A DNA stretch of 64,000 nt from Cyanophora paradoxa CCMP329 (Eukaryota; Plantae; Glaucophyta). Shown piece after piece: positions 1 to 11,200 of the stretch (its first letter is position 1; each line of letters starts with the position of its first letter). Below the pieces are notes generated by a model. That model did no database searches, had not been told where the DNA came from, and was given only the letters and a program-made list of their open reading frames with translations. The stretch is taken from positions 1-64,000 of the forward strand of contig QPMI01000675.1 of assembly GCA_004431415.1 (NCBI GenBank), read 5' to 3'. The translations under genes were made by a program, and so were the position numbers.

Positions 1-3000
1 CGCCGCCGCGGATGCGGGCGGAGCTGCGCTCGGTGCACGCGGGGCAGGCGCCGGCGCTCACCTCGCAGCCCTCGACGGACCCCTTCGTCGCGGCCGCCGC
101 CGCCGTCGCCGCCGGCCTCTCCCCGCCGGGCTTCCCCGCGCCCAACCGGCCCCAGGAGCCCGCCCGCAGGAGCCAGGCGCCCTCTTCCCGCGCCCCCGCC
201 CGCAGCGGCAGCGCCGGCTGACTGCGGCGCAGGAGCTCAACCTGGTCTCCTCGACGGACTCGCCGACGGCGGTGCTGGAGCAGATCCGGCGCGCCCGCGC
301 CAAGGGCGAGCAGATGCGCACCCTCGGCCGCGACGGCGCCTCCGCCGCCCAGGCCGCCCCGGGCACTCCCTCCCCGAGGCGAGCAGGGCCCTGGCCCCGC
401 GCCCCCGCCCCCGCCCCGCCCCCGCCTGACGCCGGCGCCCCGCTCAGGTCTCGCCGGGCGGGCCGGCGCCGCCTGCGCCCCAGCAGCCGGACCCCGACCT
501 GGGCGCCATGAGGCGCCGCCCCATGCCCCCGACCCAGAAGGCGCGCCCCCCGCCCGCGCGCGGGAAGGCGGGCGGGGGCTGACCGGCGTGCGGGGGCGGC
601 AGGAGCGGGAGGCCGCGTCGCTGCGGGTGGAGGTGGCGGTGGGCGGGAACACGCCTCTCGCCCCCCAGACCTTCCTCGTCCCCGCCGTCCCCTCGGCGAA
701 CGCGGGGGCGGAAGCTGAGGCGCCGCTCTCGCCGCTGGAGGAGCGCGTGCAGGCGCGCAACCGCGCCATCGACCGCTACGAGGACGAGGTCGGCCGGCGC
801 CCGCCCCGCCCGGCGCCCTGCGTCTTCTGATCGCGCTCGCCCCTCGCGCGCAGGTGCGTCGCTCGGGCGAGGCGGCGGCGCAGCCGCGCGGGGAGCGGGC
901 GGCGTCGAAGGAGAACATCGCCGCGGTGCCCCGCTCGTACAGCAAGGAGGCCATCGCCCCGCCCAGGCGAGCGCGGCCGGGGCGCACGCGCGCCCACGCG
1001 CCCGCCCGCCCCGCTGAGCCGCCTCGCCGGCAGGTCCTTCAGCAAGGACGAGGGCGCCCCGGCGGGCCCGCCCCGCTCGTACAGCAAGGACCTCGGTGCC
1101 CCCGCCCCCTCGGACCGCGACCGTGATCGGGACCGCGACCGCGACCGGGACCGCGATCGTGAGCGGGATCGTGAGCGGGAGCGCGATCGGGAGGCCCGCG
1201 AGAAGGACAAGGGCGAGCCCCGCCCCCGGCCCCACCCCTACCGCCGCCCTCTCACGCGGGGCGGGGGCCGGCGCGCAGAGCGGGCGCGGCGGGCCTGATC
1301 GACGCGGAGGACGCCGGGGCGGGCGCCGGCGCCGCCCCGCCCTCCTCGACCGGCCCCTCGTCGCCGCCGCCGCCGCCGCCAAGGTCCCGCCCGCCCCCGC
1401 CCCTCCCCGCGCTTCCCGCGCCGGCGAGGCCCCCGGGCCGCAGGGGAAGGACCGGTACACGCCGGACTACGGCGAGCCGGCCCCGAAGTACGGGCGGCGC
1501 GCCGCCGACGACGGCTACGCCGAGCGCCCCCGCGGCGACCGCGACCGCGAGCGGGAGCGGGAGCGGGAGCGGCCGGAGCGCTCGTACGAGCGGGACTACG
1601 ACTACGACTACGAGGGCGCGGGAAGCGGCGGGAGGAGGCGGCCCCGCGGCGGGAGGAGCGCTCCGCGGGCGGGCGCGACCGCGACCGCGACGGGGCCTAC
1701 GCCGGTGCTCCCCGCCCGTCCCCTCCCGGCGCGCGCGCCCTGCCGGCGGCCGCTGACGGGCGGCGCGGGCGCAGCGGACCGGGAGAAGGGCCGCTACGCG
1801 GAGCCCGAGCGGGAGCGGGAGCGGGAGCGGGGCCGCTACGACGCGGAGCCGGCCGCCGGCGTCGGCCGCTACGCCGACCGCGACCGCGACCGCGACCGCG
1901 AGCGGGGTGCGCTGCTCGCGGGCCCGGCGGGGGGCGCCGCCGCGCGGGGCGCCGGCTCACCCGCGCCCACGCCCCCGCGCAGAGCGGGATCCGTACTCGG
2001 ACCGCCAGCCCGAGCGCGAGCGCGACCGCGAGCGCGAGCGCGGTGCGGCCGGCCTCGCCGCCTCGCCTCGCCTCCCCTCGCTGAGACCGCCCTCGCCGCA
2101 GACCGGGACCGGCGTGACCGCGAGCGGGAGCGGGAGCGGGAGCGGGACCCGTACCTCAGCGCGCCGGCGGAGAACCGGCGGCGCGACCGCGACCGGGACG
2201 CGGCGGGGCCCGAGGAGGAGGCGGGCCCGCGCTACGGGCGCCGCGCCGGCGGCAGCGCGGGGGCCCGCCGCGACGAGGCCGGCGCCGACCCCCTCCCCGC
2301 CCGCTCCTCGGAGGACGCCGGGGGCTACGCCAAGCGCGCCCCGCCGCCGCGCTACGACTCGTACGCGGAGTACGGGGCGCGGGGGGCGGCGGCCCCCGCC
2401 TCGAAGGGCAAGCTGCGGGAGGACTACGAGGCGGCGGCGCCCAAGGGCAAGGCCGCGCCCGTGCCGCCCTCGCCGGGGGCCGAGGCCCTGCGCCGCAACG
2501 TCGCCCAGACGATGGCCGTCGTCGACGAGGTCCGCCCCGCCCCGCCCCGCCCCGCCCCGCCCGGCGCTCACCCCGCCGGCCCGGCCCGGCAGCTCTCCAA
2601 GCCGGCGGCCGGAGCGCCGGCGAAGCGCGCCCCGGCGGCGGCGGCGGCGGCGGCGCCGTCGTCCCAGGCCGCGGCGGCGCCGGCGGCGGGCCGGCGGGCG
2701 CCGGCCTCCAACGCAGGGGCGGCCGTCGCAGCGCCGGCGGGCGGGGGCGGCCAGGCGGGCGCCGGGTTCCTCTCCTGGGAGGACCTCGACCGCCTCAGCT
2801 ACGAGGACCTCCAGTCGGTCCGCGCCCCGTACCCCCTCGCGCTTCCCCACTTCCCCCCCCCCTCGCGCTCACCTGACCTCTCGGGACGCAGAACGCGTAC
2901 GCGTTCGACGGGTACCGCAACCGCGCGGGGCGCGGGGCGGCGGGGGCGGGGGCGGCGCCCGGCGGGGCGCCGATGCAGGCGGGGGCGGGCCTCCTGGCGG

Positions 3001-3981
3001 CTCCCTCGGCCAAGCCCAGCGGCCCGCCCTCCCCGGGCGCTCTCGCGGCGGCCCGCTACGGCGCCGGCGTCGGCGCCGGCGCTGCGGCCGGCGCGCCGCT
3101 CGCGAAGGCGCCGTCCTACGCCCCGATGGCCCCGGCCCCGAGCTACGCGCCCCCGCCGCCGGCAAACTACGCGTGGGGCACGCCCCCGCAGGGCGCCGCC
3201 CCGGCCCCGGCGTACGGCGCCCCCGCGGCGCCGCTCGACCGGCGCGAGTCGGCCGGCATGCGCTACAGCTCCGGGTCGGCCGCGGGGGCCGGCGTCGGCG
3301 GCGTCGGCGGCGGGCGGGCCCCCGTGCCCCCGCCCCCCTTCTACGACGCGGGGCAGTACCGGAGCAACCCGGGGGCGGCCCCCGCGGCCGCCGCGGCCCC
3401 GTACGGCCAGCGCGCCCCCGTCGGCGCCCCGGGGCCGGCCCCGCGCGGCCAGCCCTCGGGCGCTGCGCCGCACCCGGGGCGTGGCCCGGCGCCGCAGCCG
3501 TCGTACGCCCCAGCGGCGCCGCAGCCGGCGTACGCCCCCGCGGCGCCGGCGGCAGCGGCGTACGGGGGGGTGTACGGGGGCTACGGGGCGGGGGCCGGGG
3601 GCGCGGGGGCGGCGGTGGCGACGTGGCAGCGGGGGGACCAGCTGGAGCAGCAGCAGCGCTTCGCCTCCCGCGAGCGCTCCGACAACGTGCCCCGCCCCGG
3701 CCCGATTTTAGCCCGGCAGGGCCCCCTCGCCCCCTTCCTCGCCTCACGCCCGGCCGCAGGTGATCGCCCGCATGCAGCAGAGGCAGGAGGACGTCGTCCG
3801 CAAGAACGCGTACCCCACCGGCCCCGCGTACCCCGCGGCCGGGCCGGCCATACCCCCCACGTACAGCAGTTACGGAGCCGGCATCGGTGCCCCGGCGCCC
3901 CCGTACGGAGGCTACAACTACCACTCGGGCGGCGGCGGCTACGCCCCGCCTCCGGATCCCTCGCAGCGCTACGGGTACTAA
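1..3981 (+). CDS. Multi-exon hypothetical low-complexity protein (RE/RD dipeptide tracts, Pro/Tyr/Gly/Ala-rich C-terminus); 5' end probably upstream of the window
   Basis: Coding-like segments (e.g. ELNLVSSTDSPTAVLEQIRRARAKGEQ, EERVQARNRAIDRYEDE, LRRNVAQTMAVVDE, IARMQQRQEDVVRKNAY...SQRYGY*) are separated by short GT/GC...CAG introns; stop TAA at 3979-3981. No family recognised. Confidence 0.5.
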
Positions 3982-4775
3982 GTAGGGCGGCTGGCCGCGC
4001 ATATATAGTGTAGGGCCTGGGGGAGTCTGCTTCTCCCCCTGAAGCAGCGATTCCCCCGCTGCCTAGTTCGCCTTTATGATATCTAGCCGTAGGAGCTGTT
4101 CGCGAAACCTTAGGCCCCACCTCGAGCTCGTCTGCTGGGCTCGAACTGTGTGTATCAAGCCGAACGTTAACTGTGTAAATTGCCTGCTGCGCCGGCCATG
4201 CATTGTGTTGCAGTGCCAGCCCAGACCAGTGTCGCATGCGCATGCGCAGTGAGTCATGGCATCATATGCATGGCATGTGAGTCATATAGCCTCAGTAGTA
4301 GCTAGATCGGTCCCTCGAAGCTCGCGAACTTTCGGAACGAGCTCCCGCGAAGAAAGGCATGGCCATGCCCAGGCAGCGCCTGCGAATTCGACTCGGCGAA
4401 CAGCCTGGCAGCTGCCCGCGGCGGGGGCCACGATGCCAAACCAAGAATGCCGTGATCGATATCATGATGTCTAAACACAATTGCAATGATCGAGATTTGA
4501 TGATGCATGCACTGGCTAATGGGCTACCTTTGCGCAAACTTTAAGCAAGATCTACAAACCTAGGCCTAAGCCGAAAGTAGTACAGTACGACGGTTAAACT
4601 ACGGTCAACGTCTGCAATGCATATGCAGATCTAGAGGTCAAAGACGAAACTTTTGAAATGCAGGCACAAATTAAAGCAAAGCAGACAAATAAGGCTACGT
4701 TACTGGTTCGCAAAGCAAGAAACGTAAGCAGAACATTTGGAAGCCGTCTGTGCAGACGTCGACGCCAGATATCTT

Positions 4776-4796
4776 TCATGATCATGATCATGATCA
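4776..4796. repeat. Palindromic hexamer microsatellite (TCATGA)3.5, one example of a dispersed class
   Basis: Directly visible. Other examples: (GCATGC)2.5 at 4234-4248, (ACTAGT)2.5 at 15877-15891, (GTCGAC)2.5 at 26035-26049, (GAGCTC)3.5 at 51816-51836 and (GTGCAC)2.5 at 61898-61912. Confidence 0.9.
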
Positions 4797-5295
4797 GGCC
4801 CTTCAGGCTTGATCATGACGCTCACGGGGAAACCTAAGCTATCTCTGTCGGAGTTTACACGAGCCGCTGAGCGGGCGAAGCTTAACTCAGCTTAACTTAG
4901 CTAACCGATGATACCTATAGCTTGACTTACCTAACTCATGATCAGCCAATAGCTAATTCATGTGAGATACCTAGCGACACATTGTGATACCGTAGTACGT
5001 GCAACCTGTACAACATCGACACGGCGTGTACGTTGACCTAATAATAAGATTCCGAAACCTCACAGTACAAAGTCACACATGTATACAGCCAAAGGAAAAT
5101 TTCGAGCCCGAAATCAGAGAGTTCTCAGAGTCGACGTCTTGCTATCTTGCATACCGACTCTGACGAAGACGTCGACGCATCCGATGGTCGTCGTCGCACT
5201 TCAACCAGATTGAGGACGCAGTTGCTCCGCCGCGGAGAGCTAGAGGGCGGGGTCGCGCGATCGGGCGAGGAAAGTAAAGGCCGAAACGGCCAAGC

Positions 5296-8200
5296 TCAAC
5301 GAAGGAGGAGAGACGCGCAGCGGGCGCTAGATCTAGATCCAGGAGGCGTGCTGGCCGGGGTCCAGGAAGCCTCGCGGAGGGCGCGGGGCCGCCACCCGAT
5401 GGCGTCGGCGGCGGCGCGGGCCTCGGCGTGGGCGGCCGAGCCGGGCGGGCCCTCCCGCGCGAGCTTCATGCACGTCACCGCCTCGAAGAGGCGCAGCTCG
5501 AGCCGCTGGAACTCGGACCGCGCCGCCTGCAGCGCCGCCGTGCGGCGCGCTCCGCGCGGGGTCTGCTCGGCGCGGGCGAGGGCGGCGAGAGCGGAGAGGA
5601 TGGGGGAGGGCGTGTGCCGCGCCGAGGAGAAGAGGAGGGAGCTCGCCTCGCGCACCAGCGCGTGCGCCGTCTTCAGCGAGATCGGCGCCCGCGGCGTCGC
5701 CGCGTGCAGCAGGTACGCCGGCCCCGCATGCGGCTGCCGCTCCCCGTGCCCGTGTCCCGCCCCGGCCGCCTCGCCGGGGCCGTCCTCCGGAGCCGGCGCC
5801 GGGGCGACCTTGGCCTTGCCGCGGAGGCTCACGGCGGGGGGGCCCTGCAGGGGCCCCGAGGGGAGGGCCTTGGGCGGCACGAAGGGCACCTCGTTCGCCG
5901 ACCACGCGCTGCTCCGCCGCGAGCCGACCCCTGCGCCCGCGCGCGGCGTCAGCTGCAGAAAGAAGCGGGCCGGAGGGCGCGGGGCGGGGCGGGGCGGGCC
6001 GTCCATCTCGTCCTCGAGGCCGAGGTCGCGGAGGTCGGGGCGGCAGCAGAGGAAGCCGATCTCCACGCGCGTCCCCGCCGCCGCCTCCCGCCCCTCCGTC
6101 TCCGCCAGCATCGCCATCCCGAAGTCGAAGACCGCCGCGTACACGTAGCTGCGCACGCCCGACCCCGCCCCTCAGCGGGGCCGGCGGGGGCGGGGCGGGG
6201 CGGGGCTCGCATGTTGAAGGCGAGAGAGCGGCGGGCGTTGGGGCGCCAGAGGTCGAGGGCGGTGCGCGTGCGGCGGGCCATCTCGCCGATGTCGCCCCGC
6301 ACCCGCCACGCGTACAGCCCCGAGAGCACCTCCAGCCCGATCCTGCCCGCCCGTGCCGTAAGCCAGGCGGAGGCGGGGCCAGCGGGGCGGGGGCGAGAGC
6401 GGGGCGGGGCGCGCCGCTGCCACCAGAGGAGGGGCTCCTCGGCGCGCGCCGCGATGCTCGAGGCGAGCTGCAGCGTCTCCAGCAGCCGCGCGTCCTCCCC
6501 CTGCGCCCCGGGCGTCGCCGGCGGCCTCGGCCCGGGTCGAGGCCGCGGGGTACCTGGAAGAAGGCGACCCAGCCGAGGGTCGTCGTGATGTGCAGCATGC
6601 CCCGCATCCCCGCCCGCTCCACCTGCCCCCGCGCAGCTCAGCTCAGGCGGGCCGGGCTCCGAGGGGGCGGGGGCGCGCGGGCGCCGCGCCTCGGAGAGGA
6701 GGAGGCGGGCGCGCTCGAGGACGTCGCCGAAGCGGCCGAGGAGGGAGAGGGCCCCGATCCCCACCGAGCTCGACTCCCAGTACTGCGCGAGGCGCGGGGC
6801 GGGGCAGGGCGGGGCCGGCCGGCGGTCAGGAGGGGCGGGGGCCTCCTCTTCTTCTAGGGACTCGGGGCGGCGGGCCTTGAAGAAGCTGGAGCGGGAGGCG
6901 AGCTCGGCGGCCGCCTCGCACGACTCGACGCAGTCGCGCAGCCGCCCCAGCACCAGCAGGTTCCACCCCCGCTGGCCCATGATCGCCGCCCGCAGCTGCG
7001 CCCCCTCAGCGCCGCGCGCATGCGGGGCCGGGTGAAGGGGCGGGGGCCGGGGGCGGGCCTGCTCGTCGGCGGGGAAGGCGTCGAGGATCTCCTCGGCGTA
7101 GCCCATGAACTTCATGGAGGGCCCGCGGAAGCCGAGCAGGTAGAGCAGCGAGGTCATGTACGCGAAGACCCGCCCGTGCAGCGCCGTCTGCGCCCGCCCG
7201 GCTTAGGCTCACGCGGGGGCCTGCGCCTCGCCCAAGCCAGAGCGGCGCGCACGACGGCGGGGGCGGTGAGGGCGAGCTCGAGCGCCCTCAGGTACGAGTG
7301 GAGGCCCTTGGTGATCAGGTGCACGCTCCCGCCCTGCGCGCCCCCGCGCCCGCTTCAGCGCTCCGCGCGGGAATGTAGGGGAAATGTCGGGGCGGCCGCG
7401 GGCGGGCGGGGCGGACGACGAGGTGGATCCAGCCGTGGTCGAGGAGCGTCTCGATGACGAGCTCGCGCCGCTCCTCCGCCGAGCCGGGCGCCGGCGGGGG
7501 GGCCCCGGCCGCCGCGCGCAGCGTCTCCATCGGGGGCCTCCGCCGCAGCAGTCGGAAGAGGCGCACCGCGAGGCCTGCCCCACCCACCCGCGCGCTCGAT
7601 CCGAGGCCGCGCCTGGGGCGGGGGCGGGGCGCACGGAAGCCGAAGAGGCGGCCCTCGTAGCTGGCGGGGAGGGGCTCGCCGAGGGACGGGAGGAGCATCT
7701 GCTCGCGGATGGCGTGCGCCCGCGGGAAGAACGAGCGCCCCTGCTCGATCGCCGCCCACAGCGCCTGCGGCCCCGGCCCCGGCAGCTGAGATCTAGAACC
7801 AGACCGCGCCGCCGCCTCGGGGCCCGCGGGCTCTCGCGCACCAGCATGCGGTCTCGGAAGGCCTTCCACCGCCTCTGCTCCTCCGCGGGGCGCGGCGGCG
7901 GCGGCGGCCTGCCGCCCAGCCCGCACCCGTCAGCCGGGCCGGCGACGCCGGGGCGGGGCCGGTGCGGGCGGGCGGGCGGGCCTGCTGAGCAATGTTGCGC
8001 AGAGGGGCCGCATGTCGTCGGCGAAGAGGATGCGGGGCCGGGCGCAGGGCGGCCCCGCGAGCCCGAGGCCGTCCACCATCCGCACCGCGTCGCGGCAGAA
8101 GCGCGACGCCTCCGCCAGCGCGTGCGTCCGGTTCGCCTGCCCCCGCCCCGCGCTCATGATGAGCTTCGCTGGGGGCGGGGTCGGGGGCGGGGGGGGCGCC

Positions 8201-11200
8201 TTGCGGGCGGCGCGCTCGAGGGCGGGGAGCGCCCTCTCGCACGCCTCCGCCTCGATGTAGTGCGATCTGCGCCGTCCCGGCCCGCCCCCGCGCCCCCGCT
8301 CGGCGCCGCGCCGCGCGATCCGCATCGATCCAGGGGGCCCCCGCACGCGATCAGGCTGTCGGCGAGGGCGTCGCCGCCGCTGCTCTCGAGGTACTCGGCG
8401 ATCGCGAAGTGCGCCTGCCGCCGGTTCGCCTTCGGCATCGACCCGTACACCTGCGCCGACGCCGACGCGCCCCGCGGCGTCGGCGCGGAGCGAGCGGGGG
8501 GAGCGGGAGAGCCGGGGGAGGGGGGTGGGGGCGCACGGCCTCCTGGAGGAGCGCGTGGGAGAACTCGAAGAGGCGTTTCCGCGCCCCCGCCCCCGCCTCC
8601 CCGGCCCCGTCCTCCCCCGGCCCATCCTCCCCCCCCTTCCCGAACTTGGCCGACCCGCCGGGCTCGTGCACACTCGCGTCCTCCTCCACGCTGCGCCCCC
8701 GGCGCCGTCAGCGGCGTGCGCAGTCTGTGCCGCCGCCGGCCCGGACCTGATGTCTAGGACTTGCAGGCGGGAGTCGGTGCTGCGCCCGGCGTCAGGCGGG
8801 GCGGGGGCGGCGAGAGCGCGGGGGCCGGGGCGGGAGGGGGCGCCTGCGGGCCGAGTCCTTGGCGCCGCCGAGCTTGTTGACGGGCTGCACGATCCCTTCC
8901 CGCCGCAGGTCCCGGAACGCCTCCCCAATCTGCATGCGCGCCGGGCGCCGCGCCCGCTCGTGAGTAATAATAATAACAGCGGCGCCGGCTTCGGCGGCGG
9001 GAGCTCGGAGCGCGGCCGGGCCGGGCTGGGGCGGGCGGGCGGGCTCGCCTGGGCGCGGTCGAGCTGGAGCTCGGGCGGGGCGATGGCGGCGAGGAGGGCC
9101 TCGGAGAAGCCGCTGCCGGCGACGGCGGCGAGCTTGGCGACCGCCTGCGCCGCCTCCGGCAGCCGGTCCACCCGCGAGAGCACGATCTGCCCGAGCGGTC
9201 CCCGCGCCCGTCAGGCCGCGCCGCGCGGCTTTCCGTGGCGTTAACGGATCTATCTAGATTTGGCGTGGGCGCTGTGCTGGGACTCGGGCGATCGAGGGGA
9301 GCGGGACGGAAACGAAGCGGGGTGCAGCTGAGCGCGAGGGCGGGGGCGGGGGTGGAGGCGGGGGCGGGCCTGCTGGATGGAATCCGGAACGGTGAGGCGC
9401 AGGGAGCTCCCGAGGGGCGCCCCCGCCGCCGTCGTCAGCGACCCGCCGTCCGCCTGCGCGCGCACGCGTCTTCAGGAGGGGGCCCGGCCCCGCGCTGGGC
9501 CCGGAGGGGCGCGCTCGCCTCGCGGCGGACGAGCTCGATGAGGTAGAGGGGGACGCCGTTGGCCTTGGCCACGATGGCGTCCACGGCCCCCGGGAGCCAG
9601 CTCACCGCCAGGTCCGCCCCCACACGCTGCAGGCCCGGCGGTCTGGCGGGGCACGGTTCGGGCGGGGCGGGGCGGGGCGGGGGCGGACGGCGAGGAGGAG
9701 GCGGGAGGCGGCCTCCGAGAGGGGCGCCAGGCTGATCACCTCCGCCGGCACCTGCAGCTCCGCCTCGGCTCGCCCGTTCGCTCGCCGCGGCGGGGGCGAG
9801 GCGAGGGGGGGGGAGGGCGGCTCGCCTGGGGGATGGCCGGCGCGGGGACCGGGGTCGAGCGGCCCTCACCCTGCGGGGGCGTCAGGGCGGGGGGCCGGGG
9901 CCGGGGCCGGGGCGGGCGGCCGGGGCCGGGGAAAGACGGACGTCGGAGGAGAGGTCGCCGGGGCGGGCGAAGCTGGCCGTGTACGCGTTGAACTGCCGCA
10001 CGATGTTCTCGTCGTCCCGCAGCCCCGCCAGCAGCTGCCCCGCCGCCGCCTCAGCGCCATCGCGATCGGCGCCGCGCCGCGGGGGGCCGGGGGGAGGGGG
10101 ATCCGTGGGGGAGGAAGGGGGAGGAAGGGGGGGGGGGGGGGGACCTGGTAGTCGAGGGGCGGGTCGGGCATCGGGCGCGCGCTAATGATGAGCTGCGCGG
10201 GCGGGGGGCGCCCCCGGTCGGGATAGGGCGCAGAGGGGAGAGCGAGGGAAAGCAAACGAAAGGGCGGACGAGGATGGAGGGGCAGAGGACGCGGATCTTG
10301 CGGAGGCAGACCCATGAGGCCGAGTCCAGCCACTGCGCACGCGCGCCCCGGATCCGGGGGTGAGAGGGGGGCCGGAGGGGTCCAAGGGAGAAAGGGGGTA
10401 CAACGACGCTAACAGCAGACGAATAGGGGCGCACGTGGACGTCCTCGACGATGACGGAGACGGGGCGCTGGCCCTCCCGCCCCAGCGCACGCACCAGCCT
10501 GCCCCGCCCGGCTCGAAGGCACGACTACAAGGCGGGGCGCGGGGGGCACCGGGCGAGGCTCTCGGAGACGCGGTTGAGGCGGCGGATGCCGACGAGCGAC
10601 GCCAGCGCCCCGTTGCTCCTGCGCCCCGCGCGTTCGGCTGTCAGGGCGGGGTCGCGGAAGCTAGGGGTTCTGATCTCCAGCTTCTTGTGGCTTTATGTGT
10701 TTATTTCTTCGTTTTGGGGGCGGACCGGCCGGAGCCGGGCCCGTTGCGGGAGCGGTACGAGGGCGCCGCCACCGACTCCTCCGAGGAGGCCTCTGCCGCG
10801 AACATCGCCCGCCTGCAGCACCTGCCTCAGCGCGGCGGCGGCGGCGGCGCGGGCTGTGGGAGAGAGGGGGCGGGCCAGAGGAGCGGGCCGTCGCGCCACC
10901 CGTCGAGCCCCGAGTTCCTGCCGCGGGCGTGAGCGCGCGAGGTCGGGGGGCGAGGGGGGCGGGTGTGGGCGGGCGGGGCACCGGAGGCTCTCGATGAGGG
11001 CGGCCTCGGAGGAGGTGTCGGCCGCCGCCGAAAGCAGGCCCCGCATCTGTCCCCGCCGCTCCAGGCGCGCGGGGGCGGGGCGGGGGCGAAGGCGGGGGGC
11101 GGGGGCGGACCGTCCAGAGGGGCGTGGACTCCTCGAGGCTGCTGGCGCGCGCCACGAGCAGCGCCGTGCGCCGCACCCGCAGCGCGAAGATCGCCTGCGC

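Noticed and set aside
4000-5300. Cloning-vector polylinker contamination (dense restriction-site-like palindromes)
   Set aside because: The palindromes are dispersed across the whole window, occur as X-rc(X)-X arrays and align as insertions within paralogous genes; no vector features are present.
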